A stretch of 61,422 nucleotides of DNA, filler included, from Choristocarpus tenellus KU-1152 (taxonomy: Eukaryota; Protista; Phaeophyceae), in NCBI GenBank assembly GCA_964200185.2. It is 6 parts of 6 records of this genome, joined end to end, with 100 filler letters (N's around TTAATTAATTAA, not from the genome) between each part and the next. Parts side by side here need not be neighbours in the genome. Positions count along the whole stretch, not along the records: positions 19,807 to 29,022 come from CAXNAD020003873.1; positions 29,123 to 35,985 come from CAXNAD020007192.1; positions 36,086 to 58,442 come from CAXNAD020000286.1; 3 more parts are not named here. One strand, given 5' to 3'. Shown one piece after another: positions 25,053 to 37,675 of this stretch (the stretch's first letter is position 1; the number at the start of each line of letters is the position of its first letter). Below the pieces are notes generated by a model. It saw only the letters and a program-made list of their open reading frames with translations, made no database searches and was not told the origin of the DNA. The translations under genes and the position numbers were made by a program.

Positions 25053-27149
25053 GTGTTGCACTATGGATGCTAGGCATCCGATCACCAAAGGTAACTGTAT
25101 GCTCCCCCTCTCTCCTCTGTGGGGTGTGGTGGGTTCCGCTCCCCCCCAGCATGAGTCCTTCCATTTTGTCTTGGTGTAACCTGTGTTGTGCTTGAAGTTT
25201 TGTTCAAAGTGATAAGAAATACATGGTAGTTGTGGTGATGTCAAGGTAAACATGTGTTGACTATTTTTGTGGGTATGGTTCAATATAGTAAGAAGTTTGA
25301 AGTATTATTGCATATTATTATTCTTGTTTAGAGGTCGGTGCAAGTTGGGTGTTGTACATTGCTTTGTGTATCCGTCTACCTCATGCTTTGATCTGGACAT
25401 CAACATCTAAGTATTTTGTTGGCTTGAAGACCTTCATAATTGGCAGCTGTCGGTAGCGTGACGGATGTTGTGGCATGACTTATGTGACCTCCCGCAACAG
25501 GAAGGCAGGGATAGGGCCTCCCCTCAACATATACATGGCGGTCAATGCCTTGTTGCTTAGATGGATAACAGTAGATGTTGATGATGGTTAGGTGTGACCC
25601 AGCCTGTGCGTTCTTAAAGTTGAAGTTATGAGGTGTGTAGAACCAGATTGACGTTTTCATACAAACATCGGTGGCACTGACGTTGATTTTGTTTTCTTGA
25701 GCTTCTCTGATCTGAAGCCACAAAGTCACGTAGCAAAGGCCCACTCTTGATCAGTTGATCAAGGTATTCAACCATTTTGAGCAACTCCATTGGGGGGAGA
25801 GGTCCTTATACCAGTAGAATCGCTTTGGTTACAGCAAACAGTTTGTAGACTCACTTGACCATTGAAATTTTCTCAAGACCTGACCATACAATCAAGCATG
25901 GTTGCAAGGAGGTGTTTGTAAGTTGATTGTGCACATCCAGCAAGATATCAGGAGAACAAAAAGATTGGAAGACCAGTACGTTGTAAAGAAAAAAAGGTGG
26001 TTGGAGCATGTCTGATGGAGCCAGGGACCCACGGATAGAAATGGTCTACGGTTGGGCAGCAATAGACCATGGCTGAAGTACCACATTGCATCAACATCCC
26101 TGCCATAAAACAAGTTATCAGTAAACAAATCCGGTGTGAGCCTATCCAGGGAAGGCGTGCATGGAGGGGAACGGTCTATGATTGGGCGGCAATGGCCCAT
26201 GGTTGAACTACCGAATCATATGGATATCCCCGGTCCTGTTCACTCCATCTTCATTTCCTGATGGCATGCTTAGAGGTCAGGGGTTTCAATGCGATGTAGT
26301 ACTTCAGTATGGGCCACTGTTGCGCCTACCCAGGGAACATTCCCCTCCATGTGTGCCTCCCTGGCAACATAGTGGTCCTTCAATCCCTTTGTCCTGGTGA
26401 AGTCGGCAATCTGAGTTTACTGTGAGGTGTGTTGATATACCAGTGACAAGAAGTCACTGAAGAGCAGTTTTTGAAAGATAGCAGGTCTAGAACCATTGGC
26501 GAGGGTCTTTGTGAAAGATTGAACACTAGATATGGGAGAGGTTGAGGCCCAGTTACATTAACTCACCAACATGGGAACACAGGCACTGGCTGTGAATGGT
26601 GCCATCTTGTGAGAGAGGCACTACAGAAGTACATGGATGACTGTCATCTGAGCGGGGGATCGTCTGTGTCAATGGTGGGAAGTAGGTAGAAAGCTTACAA
26701 CTGGGCCAGTCAAATTGTTGGGTGGGGCCATCCTTGCAGGGTTAAGACTATGGAATTCAGGGACCAGGTGCTTGGGGAGGTTAATTGGCATCCTGACATC
26801 AAGAAGAATCCTGATGAAGTGTTTGATCTCCTGCTCGGTGAAGTCTAGAAGCCATTTTGAATGTGCTATGGCATCCTGGGCTAGACATATCAGGCTTGAG
26901 TCCTCACATAGGCAAGTTCTTTCAATAGGCCCAGGCCCGAAGTGTTTGTGTGGACAGACTGGCAAGGCTGGGGGACAACCTCCTCAAGCTGAACAGGTGT
27001 TGAAATTCACTCTCTCGTGAAATAAATGTGGCAAGAAAGGTCACAAGGTGACTGAGTGTCGATCAGACATGGTGGCACTCCATCCACAACAACAACAGCA
27101 CCAAGGCAACCAAGTAGTGGTGGTCGTGGTGGTCGTGGCTCCTGATAGC

Positions 27150-29022
27150 GCCTGCAGCTTGTGGGCAGTGAACTTTCCTCTCGGCAATGGGGAGGGCAAA
27201 GTCATTTGGGTGCAGCTCAAGGCACTTGTAGTCATCAGGGGCAAATAATCTCTCTCCCATCTGAGTTTGGCAGAGTTAGGGTCCCTTGGGCACCACTGAC
27301 TGAGGTTTGTGTTCTCATGGTGGTACTGAGGGTAGGACCTTTGATGTGTTTCAACCCCGACTCTCTCTTCCCCCCCTTCCCCCCCGACCCTGACTGTTAC
27401 CAGGATCTGGACTCCAGCCCCTCTGCAGGCCTTAGAAGTGTAAAGGAGGGCCTTGTTGTAGGAGGGTTAGGCACAGTATGTATGCATGCAAATCGCGTAT
27501 CTAGCCATCTTCTGGTCTTAATTATACCTGCCAGGGCTGATATGACCCTAATGCATGCACCCTTTACTTCTAGACGCATCCTGGATGCTGGGTTTGGGGG
27601 TTCACCGGAATGTGTGAGAAAGCCTTGTGGAGAAACTGACACAGCATTGTGGGGGGTTTAGCCTCTCCCTCCCTTGCCCTCCTCAGACCTGTTTGACCAT
27701 GACCATGACTGATTTCCGGTGGGATACCATTCGTGAGGAAACATTACCTCTTCACCTAGCACTACACATACCTCATAGGCTGATCCAGCTTTGGAACATG
27801 ACCATGACAGTGCTCCCTGACACTGATAACATATTTTTTGTGGGTAGCAACAACCTCTGAGATGTCCTAGGGTTGAACATCCAGCAGTTACTTTTCCCCT
27901 CTGCCCAGGAGTGGCTAGATTGGCCTGAGCCCGGCCTGTTTGATGATATCACAGGGGTATGTTGCGTAAGTTTCAGTGATATAACATGACTGCACATATG
28001 AGGCCATGGCTCGTAGATGCCATTGATCATTTTTCGTCCACTACTTGAGCAGGCTCTGAAGCTCATGATGATGGAGCCCAAGGAGGAGGCGTGTCAATGT
28101 AATGTTGTACTGGACGTCTCCCTCCTGCAAGCCTTAGAGCCTGGTATGCTTCAGAATATAGCGGATTCTCTGCACCGGCTGATCCACAAGCATACTGGCG
28201 TTTTCAAGTGGCTCTGGTTCATGACCCTCAGACTCCTGTGAAACCTATATAGGGTGGTCTTGAAAGCAGGGGCAACATCGATCAAGGTCAAGCCTTGTAA
28301 TTACAAACCAGACTCATATCTGGATGATTTGTTTTGTGGATTTAGGTTTGGTCCAGATGCTGGTCCATTTACTGCCAGCAGTGTGGAGCAGCTCATCCAT
28401 CCCTGTGCCGAAGTCCAAGGGTTAGGGATATTGGTCGGTTATGGAATGCAGTTCCATCAACACCAGGGCTAAGGCTTGCCCTTTTCAAATGCTTAATTTT
28501 GAGGCCATGGTGGTGAATCTGCTAGGGGCAACAAGCTTAGCCATGCTGGAAGAAATTTTCGTGCTTACTCCAGATGGATTTTTTCGCCTATACATGTGCC
28601 ACAGTGTGTGCTAAAGGTCACCTCACATTTTCAAGCCCAGATGGCAAAGATTCTTGCTGGTCTGCATGATCTGGGTTGATGACGTCGTTGTGAGTAGTAT
28701 TGCTCCTGATGCCCTAGTGACTACGTTGGACATAGTGTTGGAATGGCTGGACAAGCATGGGATCTGCGCAACCAGTGATAAAAGTGATCCCCTGAGATCA
28801 AATGATGGGGCAAGATTTACTCAAGCCACGGTTTTCAACATGGTCCTGACCACTTGCAGAGTTTGGAAGATATGACCTGTCACAGCAGAACTTATGCAAC
28901 TTCTCCAGGCTAATAATTGGCTGAGGTTGCACCTCCCACATGTGACTGCAACGGTGCAGCCCCTACAGGATATGATGGAAGCATGCTTGCTTGGCATTAC
29001 CTGCTGCACCAAACGTTCAGCC
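27150..29022 (+). mobile_element. Degenerate Ty3/Gypsy LTR retrotransposon pol (protease-RT-linker), multiple stops and frameshifts
   Basis: Fragments across frames: LHRLIHKHTGVFK, VVLKAGATSIKVKPCNYKP, LTPDGFF, HVPQCVLKVTSHFQAQM, CMIWVDDVVV (YxDD equivalent), LVTTLDIVLEWLDKHGI, TAELMQLLQANNWLRLHLP. These follow the order of stramenopile Gypsy RT. The contig spacer cuts the element, and no LTR was identified. Confidence 0.8.
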
Positions 29023-29122
29023 NNNNNNNNNNNNNNNNNNNNNNNNNNNNNNNNNNNNNNNNNNNNTTAATTAATTAANNNNNNNNNNNNNNNNNNNNNN
29101 NNNNNNNNNNNNNNNNNNNNNN
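29023..29122. other. Artificial contig spacer
   Basis: Same N/TTAATTAATTAA/N structure. Confidence 0.97.
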
Positions 29123-29416
29123 CTGTACTGATCACAATAAGGTGGGTCAATCTATACTACGTGTTATCCGATATTATGGGGGGGGGGGAAGCAATGTTCG
29201 ATCCAAAAACCCATTACATATATCAATCATTGTGGATAAGAATAAGTAGTTTCGTACACTTGTGGAAGTTACATTTTTCCGACTTCCTTTGTGGGATAAG
29301 TACTATTCTTCTTGTCCACAATGTATTCTTGTCCACAATAAACAACCAGAATCTTTATGTTTCTTGATAATATGTTAAAATCGTGTGTTCATAGGGTGCC
29401 TTGGGTTTCAACTTGC

Positions 29417-32400
29417 CTGCGTGAGCACTCATGTCCACAATCCAGCTTGTAGCTGCACGCCCGAGTGCATCCACCATCCGGAGCAAGCTCAGTGAATGAT
29501 CCAGGACTGGGGAGGTCGGCCTTCTGCTTGTGTGTTTCACAGACCACAGGGAGTCCCTCACGGTAGATGTGACCTCCGGCCTCAAGCGAAGATACAAATT
29601 TCTTCCAAAGGCACCTCCCCTGATCATTGCGCACGCTCTCTGAGGTGAGGAAATCTGCATCACCAAACATAATCATGCCATGTCTAAAACAGTGGGACAA
29701 TAAGATAGGAAACATGGTGGTGGGTATGTTTGATAGACCATGACAGAGTTAGGGTATGTGGGTATGCAGAGTGATTTCGGAAGAATCAAAGGCTGGAGAG
29801 CTAACCCAGGGTAATCAACAATTGGTCCATCCCGTGGGGAATCAACAATTGCCTCACCAATCACATGCTCTACCCGAGTGGTCAACTCATGACCACTCTA
29901 TCTGTATATCCTTCCGCCGTGGGGAGTGGGGAAAGTGGTCCAACTGGGATTCCATCGCACAACTTCTGCTTTAGTCAAATCACAGACGTACCACTGTGCC
30001 ACTGGGGCAGGCAGTCAAGTGGTGTATCAATTATTAAAAAATTCAATACACAGGAAGAGTTAGGGTTAGCAAGGGCAAAAAAAAAGTAGGCAGAAGAAAG
30101 GGAGAAAACGAATCTGATGTGTAGGACAACAGGTTCATGGCAGTCAGAATTTTGGAGAAGGTTTGTGATTTTTTTATTAATAGAAGAATCTTAAGCCACA
30201 AGAAAACACGGTATTTCAATATCCCTTTCTCAACTGATTGACTAGTAGTGCAAAGTACATAGCACCAATGTACACATCACATTGTAATTATGAGCTTTTA
30301 TTGGAATGGTGTAGTATACTGGTAGTCAAATGGTACATAGATTTTGAAGAGGTATCTTCATTCACGACAGCTGTTACTTTTTCAGGAGTCTTTATGATAT
30401 CGAATTGATTCTCCCCTGACATCTGTAAAATATATCAGGACATAGTAATACAATAAATTGGCTAGTACCAAACCACTTCAAAGTAGAGTTTATGCTGTAA
30501 TAATATGTGCAGGGAAGACATGTTATTGTGCCAACCTGTACTGCCTGGTACTCTGAGTGATCCTCCAATCGGAATGAAATGTAACATAACTTTTGCAAGC
30601 GAGCCAAAGCATCTTAGAGGGTAGAGCCGCGTCCATTTGGGGTCAAAATCCAATGTTGCGATCTTATTGTAATTTTGGCTATCGTGTTTGTTAGGAAGTG
30701 CCAATATTCTTGTTCCGGACACACCTTTTCATAACGAACACATTTTGCCTACTCCAAAACATTCTGGAGTAGGAAAGTGTCATAAAAAAATAAGCGGTAA
30801 GCCAAGCCCCAAACGGACGAACAGGGCAAAACTCGTACCCTCTAGATTTTGGCGGACAACATGTTAGTGTCTCCATAATACACCAATAAATATGAACTTG
30901 TGCATTAACATTTTGCTTGATAGGGACTGCAAAGGTTATGTTATATTTAATTCCGAACGGAGGAAGCAGTAGAAAAGAGTGAATTCCCTAGGGACTAAAT
31001 ACTACGAAATTTATAGTAGTACATAATACGTAGTAAATTTTACAGTTAGTACTTCTTGCTCAGGGTTCTGGAGACGAAAATCAATCATTGTGAGCTGTCA
31101 GGTGATCTGACACTTGCACCTTGGAATTTTGGAATTATGATTGATTGTATCATGACAAAGATTACATCCACCAATCATTTGCTTCCACCATAACCAATCA
31201 TCCCTGAAACATGAACTCCCATAATTATTGAGTTAAACACCCCTTGAATACCAACACCCATAGTTAGAGTAGGATCCAAAACATTTAAAAGGGTGGGACT
31301 ATTGTCCTGTTTGTCGGTTCAGGACTTGGCTTCCCATGGGTTCTTTATGCCCTTTTTCGGTTTTCTGTGCGAACACAGTTACCTAAATATGTACGACAAT
31401 AATAGGTGTGTCCGGAACAAGAATGTTAATGCTTCCCAACAAACAAGAGAGTCAAAATTACATCAAAATTACATCAAAATCACAACATTGGATTTTGGAC
31501 CCCAAACGGATGCAGATTTACCCTTTGAAGTGCTTTGACTCTAATAGTGTAGCAAGTAGTAGTCGAATGATGTATTTAGTGTTAGAGGCGATTAAGACCA
31601 GGAATAAATTAGACCTTTAGTTTTAACTAAGATTTTACCTCACTACTGTGAAAGCTTCACCTGGCACGTGATATGGTAACATTAAGGCGGTTTGCATCAC
31701 AGACAAAGCCCATATCTCCCTGGTTATTGGAGCGCACAAGGGACACAATCACCACATCGCTCTCCTCCCCCTGGTAGTTATCAACTGCAGAAACAGGCAG
31801 AAAAAATGTGAAAGGGCCAGCTTGCGTCATGATGTCGATAGATGTCAAAAATCACAGGTTCGCTAATGCTTCACAACGAACCTCTGCTCAATATACTGCA
31901 GTGTAGACTATATAATGTGGTCAATTTTCATGATACAATGGATCAATAAACTTAAAATATATTATTTCCTCATAGTATTTCAATTCTTTGGGGTTGTCTG
32001 AGAAATTCCGATGGTATGAGAGCTTAATATGAAGGATGATGCACTCTCCAACTTCCAGGTCAAGTTCCCTGTTTCAGACTCTCAAAGACACTTAACCTGA
32101 CCTCAGCTGGTGTTCTCCATCCTGTGAGGAGGGCGAGGAGTCCTTGGATAGTCCCCAGATAATCAAGCAGCCCCCATGTATGGGCAAATTCACATGAATG
32201 AGTCCAAAGAAATCAGATACCAAGATACTACAGTACAGCTACCCTTGGTACCTGTTGCGATACGAACGCGTTTCTCGTCACAGTTTTCTCTGCTCCCTCC
32301 ATCACCACCACCACTTGACGCTTGGTGACTGCTCCTCCTACTGTATCCAGCACTGAAACTATCTCCTTGGGCAGTTCTCCCACCCCTATTAGAGTATGCA

Positions 32401-35400
32401 TTCTTCGCATCCTCTTTAGGAACAAGTACTGTACCGCCCACAGCCGAAGAAGAGGCGAGGTCTGCAGCATCCTCTACACTGATCACACCACCTATGCGGT
32501 CCCGTAGCTCATGTAGCTGAGCTAGGTATGGAGTAATGACCACGAGCTGGTGAATAAAATCCGACCAGCACAAACAAGGATAAGGAAATGAAATCTAACA
32601 TCACAGGTCAAATAAAGTGATTGGGGTGAGAGGGTTGTCAGCATGTGCAAATAAAATGAGGTTGTAATATTATACTTCAACTCTCAAATCATATGCTAGA
32701 TATAGGGTTGCTCTCACTTTAAACATCACTTCGCAAGGGTCGTGAGTACTGTGAATAATATTACACCCTCATTTCTCCACGTATTGGTGGAGGTTTCACT
32801 CCTTTGTAGTGCACTGTTAATGCCTTTTCAAGTCTGCAGTGGATATATTTCGTCGCAGGTATGAAGGTTGGAATATAAATTAGGTACCACTCGGCATTGT
32901 CTGGAAATCAGCAGTTCGAAATTAAAACATGCCATCATAGGGTTGATCCGTAAAATGTATATCATGAGGCTCTGCAGACTCCACTTACTCCTCGGTTTGA
33001 GGATTATATATATATATATATATAATCCCCAAAAAGGAGTACCTGTGAGTCCTATGCCGTGGTTTCCTTTTCTGATGTATCAAGGAATAGGTTATCCGTT
33101 TTGATAACTGGATCTATGTGTATTTTTCTCTTGACTGATTCTGGTGATTGAAACCCTAGATCAATTGGTTTCCATGCATTACTATAGCGAGTTTAGCCTC
33201 AATGTGTTAAGTCCAGAAAGCTATTTTTTTCAACATTGAACTAAACCATTCTGCCAGAATTATGCTATAGTACAAAGTTGTAGATAGAGACTACTCCGAC
33301 ATATTGGATATTCAGGGTACTTGTGCACTGATATAGGCGAAATCGATCTTCCTCATATGTACAAACGTTAAATATATATCAAAATACATGATCAGACAGC
33401 TTTCCCGCACGCACAAGTCACCACCATTCACATTCTCCTCTGCACACATGACAACTGTGCGAGGAAACCACTGCTCAAAAGGGGCTTACCACACCTCACA
33501 AGGTGCTTGCTTAGGGTGAAAGTATCTTAGAGGGTACGAGGTTCGCCCTGTATGTCCATTTGGGGCTCGGATCCCATGGGGTTCTTTATGACACATTTTC
33601 CTACCCCAAAATGTTTAGAAGTAGGTAAAATGTATGTGTTATGAAAAGGTGTGTCCGAAACATAGGTATTGACACTTCCTAACAAACACGATAGCCAAAA
33701 TTACATTAAAATCGCGACATTAGATTTTGACCCCCAAATGGACACGGCTCCACCCTCTAAGATACTTTGGCTCTTATATATTGCCCCTAAATGAGAAATT
33801 GTAAGCACACTCGTTCATTGTACACTCTGTGTTTGTCGCTTTCGTATTATCTACCTTGTTCTTTGCCTCTGTCTATATTGTATGTATGTACATTCGTAAT
33901 TAGCAAGAGTAATATTTGTTCCTAATAAGAAAGAAAGTCATCTCCATCAATGGTATCTCTCACATATTAAACAGATTTAAGTGCAACCTTCAGTGGATAT
34001 GCGAACTTGCTGAGCCACTATTTCACAAGCAAGCATAATTGCATCTAAGTGTACAGCGTTACCTGATCTGGCCTGTATCCCTGTAGAAGCAAGTGGCGGA
34101 CCGTCCTCTGAATCATTTGCACCTCATGGAGATTGATCTTTGACGTTGTTCCATCATGATCCTGGCGTTGCCGTAGGGTTTCGCGTCCCTCCTCTGCCTC
34201 GTTATGCGCAACAAAGCATACACGATCTCGGATGCCCTTGAGTTGAGGCCTGTTGGAGGTGGAAGGTCCATCCCGGAGCTGTGGATACGTGAGGTCCTTC
34301 ACGAGCTTCGACACCTACGTCCATAGTTCAATGAAAAGGGCAAGGTAGAAGAGAGGAGTCTAGTTTCATCGTTGTCGAAATTTAGATGGAGAGAGTACGT
34401 TTGAGTGGTAAAGGTCTGGGTAACATCAAAGGTGAGGAAGTGGCGTGTGGGGGAAACACCAAAGTCAAGTGCCTAGGAACTGTTGTGGGGCAAGTGCATC
34501 CCAATGGCTCAACCCAGTTCACCAGGTGTTTTGGTGAATGGGTACTACTCATTAATATTCCCTATCCCATGGATCTTCCAGTAAGTCTGTGGATGGTGGG
34601 GTTTACTATTACTTCGAAGTATCTCATTGTTTACTTCGTCGTATAGAGTTATCCCTACTTCATTGACACTTCAAGCCCCTCTTGCATTGAACCACATTTA
34701 AGTGGATGTACAAAGGGCTCCAGTGCCAAATGACTACTCAAATTCCTCACACTAAGGAAACGAAAAATGAAATATTAATGATTGGTTGGGTCAGAGCATG
34801 TGTGCACAACATACTACGAGATGTTATAAATGGTCTCAAATCTGATCGCTCACCTCTGGAGGCATTCTATGCTGCAATTCGAGGGTAGTATGAGGGTATC
34901 CACGCTGAATGAGCCTCTCAAATAGGCTGACATTCAGGTCCAAACCTCTCCCGCTCTCGATCCTGAGCTCATATTGTTCAACTTTTGGACGGAGTTGCTT
35001 ATGATCCCCTGAAAGCAAACAAAGCAACAACCATAACAAGAGGCAGCTATTTTTTCAAAGCGTTTCAATTACTAAGTGATTATTCCTTCTAGTATAATCC
35101 TACATATATGCATTCACATCTGAATGTGTGTTGATCATCGCAAGAATGTCACTTTTCAGTGTACAAAACAGGTTGGATCTTAGTTCAATTTGTTTTGGCA
35201 GCCAGTCACAGCAAACATGCACCAACCTATACATAGATCAAAGCTTGTCAACACAATCATTTGTCACTACAAAGATGTCTACACGCTTCCTCCTCCAACG
35301 TTTCCTCAACTAAAAGTCGTACACTCCTCACCAATCATGATGAGATGTTTTGTGGAATCTCGTACTGCTGTCAAAACGTGTGCCTCAAGCACCTCTGCTG

Positions 35401-35985
35401 CTTCCTCAATTAGAACTACCTCACACTTAGCCTCACGAATAACCTCGTGGTGCATTGCTGCTCCAGTTGTTGTGCAACCAATTACCCGTCCCAATTTCAC
35501 CTTCTCTAGGTCCTTTTGGAGTTGTAGACCCCTCAACTCCCGATCTAGATCTACAGACCTCTCTATCAGGGTAGCCACAATCTCAGCCCTCTCGCGCTGG
35601 ATGTTAGCCACCCATTCATTCCACATATCCAGCCTGGCAGCCTTGGGTAGAGACCAAAAGTGTTCTCCTTCCATTTTTATATTCCCCTTCTCTTCTTCCT
35701 CAACGAATCCCTTGGGCTTGCGTAGGCCTCGAAGCCAAGTGTCCACCATATATGTATCGGAAATGGCCTTGCCCTGCCAATGAGTGATTTTTGTGTGGGT
35801 GCCATGGCGAAAAATATTTTTTTGAGAAGGTGAGATGGAGAGGTGGGCCATGAGAAATACACAAATAATATGATGCAGTAGCAAGAGAGGACATTCAAAT
35901 TGTTCAGTATCACAAGAAAACGGGGCCAACATCCTTGGTCTTCCACTCACCTTTTTCCCAACTGGTGTCCCCCATCTGTCCACCC
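29417..35985 (-). CDS. ZNFX1-like (NFX1-type zinc finger) Upf1/SF1 RNA helicase, internal part truncated by contig ends
   Basis: Exons: 35985-35951, 35773-35332 (VIGCTTTGAA...VVLIEEAAEVLEAHV...HLIMIG), 35008-34854 (DHKQLRPKVEQYEL...LNVSLFERL...QHRMPPE), 34314-34063, 32546-32252 (LVVITPYLAQ), 31784-31661 (VDNYQGEESDVVIVSLVRSN...NRLNVTISRAR), 29683-29417 (HGMIMFG...APDGGCTRACSYKLDCGHEC). EEAAE motif II, GDHxQLRP and the start of the NFX1 Cys/His fingers point to the ZNFX1 clade. Confidence 0.9.
30601..30850 (+). mobile_element. MITE family A copy nested in a Stowaway-like inverted-repeat element (30561-30964)
   Basis: GAGCCAAAGCATCTTAGAGGGTAG ... GTACCCTCTAGATTTT, with the shared interior. The right end is degraded. 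Confidence 0.8.
31273..31541 (-). mobile_element. MITE family A copy, diverged
   Basis: Ends GATCCAAAACATTTAAAAGGG ... TACCCTTTGAAGTGCTTTGACTC. The interior is most similar to the 7729-8114 subtype. Confidence 0.75.
33514..33773 (-). mobile_element. MITE family A copy (260 bp)
   Basis: TIR GGGTGAAAGTATCTTAGAGGGT / ACCCTCTAAGATACTTTGGCTC, TSD TTA/TTA (the canonical PIF/Harbinger target). Confidence 0.88.
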
Positions 35986-36085
35986 NNNNNNNNNNNNNNN
36001 NNNNNNNNNNNNNNNNNNNNNNNNNNNNNTTAATTAATTAANNNNNNNNNNNNNNNNNNNNNNNNNNNNNNNNNNNNNNNNNNNN
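35986..36085. other. Artificial contig spacer
   Basis: Same N/TTAATTAATTAA/N structure. Confidence 0.97.
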
Positions 36086-37407
36086 TTGTACGACTGTTTT
36101 TGCGGTTCGGGTGCTTTCCCGTAGGGATGGGGGGGGGGGGGGGGGGTTGAGGACAATGGTGTCGACACAGCTTTCTTTCTAGAGGTTTCTGTATATTGCA
36201 ATTCATCTTGGCTGCTCTCAAGCATAACATCTACCCCTTCACTACGATATAATCAATTTATACCATTGGTGCTCTTGAGTACCAAGTTCACCTGTAGCAT
36301 CGGTGACGAGACATGTCAATTATATTCCACACACCACTCGCAACCCACTCAGAACGAAACTATCCGAATAGATTCAGGAAGGTAAAGGAGGGCTTGGTAC
36401 TGTGAGGCGAAAAAAAACGCATCCCAACTGGTCGCCTATAGACTGACTTTCACCTTCGCTAGAGCATCCGCTAGTGAACGTTGTTGTGCTTCTGCTCCTC
36501 CTTCCAACTGCTTGAGCCCTTCTCGCAAGGTTGATGCCTCCTTCTCTCGGAACTCCACCCCGGCCACAAGCCTCTCGTTCTCCGCCTCTAGGTGGCGAAT
36601 CTTCTCCTCGGCCACATGCAGACTGCCGAGGATCACGTGGAAAATAGTTGCATGGCAAGAAGGAAGGACATGATATGAGCGTCCCACCACAAGGGTCAAG
36701 TGTACCCTTCCACAGATATTGGTACTATCACAAGGTGAGCTTCTAAAAAGTCCAAGATAGATTGAGTTATCGACAGGGGGCGTCTCAACATTTTCACAAT
36801 CAGAGGGACTGAGTTCGTCGTTGACAGTCTCGCAGATACTGGTACTATCATGAGGCGAACTTTTAAAATTCCAAGATAGATTGGGTTATCGATTGGGGGC
36901 GTTTCAACAATTTTACAACCATAGGAAGTGTATTCGTTGTTGACAGTTAAATTATTGCTTCACTAGTAGTTCACAGTAAAGGGAAGTATCCTTGGGGGGG
37001 GGGGTCAAGAAAACGTTCTCCGTCCTCAACCTTGTCGCATGTTTAGCCAAAGACTCCCTCATTTTAGCAAGATCCATCTCAAGCTCCCGACATTTTGCCT
37101 CTGCTGCCTGCTTTCCCAGGGAGAGCCACGTCAATGTACGGCCATCCTCCCGTTCTGCCGCCGCATCTTCTGGCATGCAAGCATCCGTCAGTTCTGGACC
37201 AGCAGAGGGCGAACTACCATTTTTTTCCATAATTGAGAGCCCAGTGACACCACCTCCTATCCCCGGGGCTGCACCGTATGTATGCCCGCAGGTCATGCCG
37301 CACAAAGGGGCGGCAGGTCCTACAGAGATCAATAATCGTGTATTGTCTTTGTCACGGAGTTCAAGCGAGGTCAGCTCGTTGCTGTTGGACCGTGTATGCG
37401 TTTCCAT
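36086..37407 (-). CDS. Coiled-coil protein of unknown function, 5' part; 3' end at contig break
   Basis: ATG at 37407. The ORF segments KQAAEAKCRELEMDLAKMRESLAK and LHVAEEKIRHLEAENERLVAGVEFREKEASTLREGLKQLEGGAEAQQRSLADALAK (~36625-36455) show heptad E/K/L/A patterning. Exact splicing was not resolved. Confidence 0.6.
36712..36948. repeat. Diverged ~120-bp tandem duplication in an intron
   Basis: CAGATA.TGGTACTATCA...CCAAGATAGATTG.GTTATCGA..GGGGGCGT.TCAACA...TTCGT.GTTGACAGT starts at both 36712 and 36833. Confidence 0.85.
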
Positions 37408-37675
37408 GCGGGCCGTAGTGAGACTGAGGAATCAACCCAAGGGGGTTCAAGCAAAGCAATATGGGTTGACCTTGTTGGGTCTTCACCGTGTTGGTTGTGC
37501 TTTTACCCGTACCAAATATAAATTGGAAATTGGACATTGCTTTCAGTGTTTGGGTTCGGAGAACGGAGGGAATAGTGCGCGCGACTTACCTCCGCGCGAT
37601 AGAAGATGATGGAGTAGCAGTAGAAAGAAGATAGAACGTATGTAGAGGTAGGTGGTTTCCTCCCACTTTCCTTAA

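Noticed and set aside
25380-26990. Possible decayed LINE reverse transcriptase on the minus strand (FTEQEIKHFI, GVNRTGD, PDLFTDNL resembling FADD)
   Set aside because: The motif resemblance is too weak and fragmentary to call without BLASTX.
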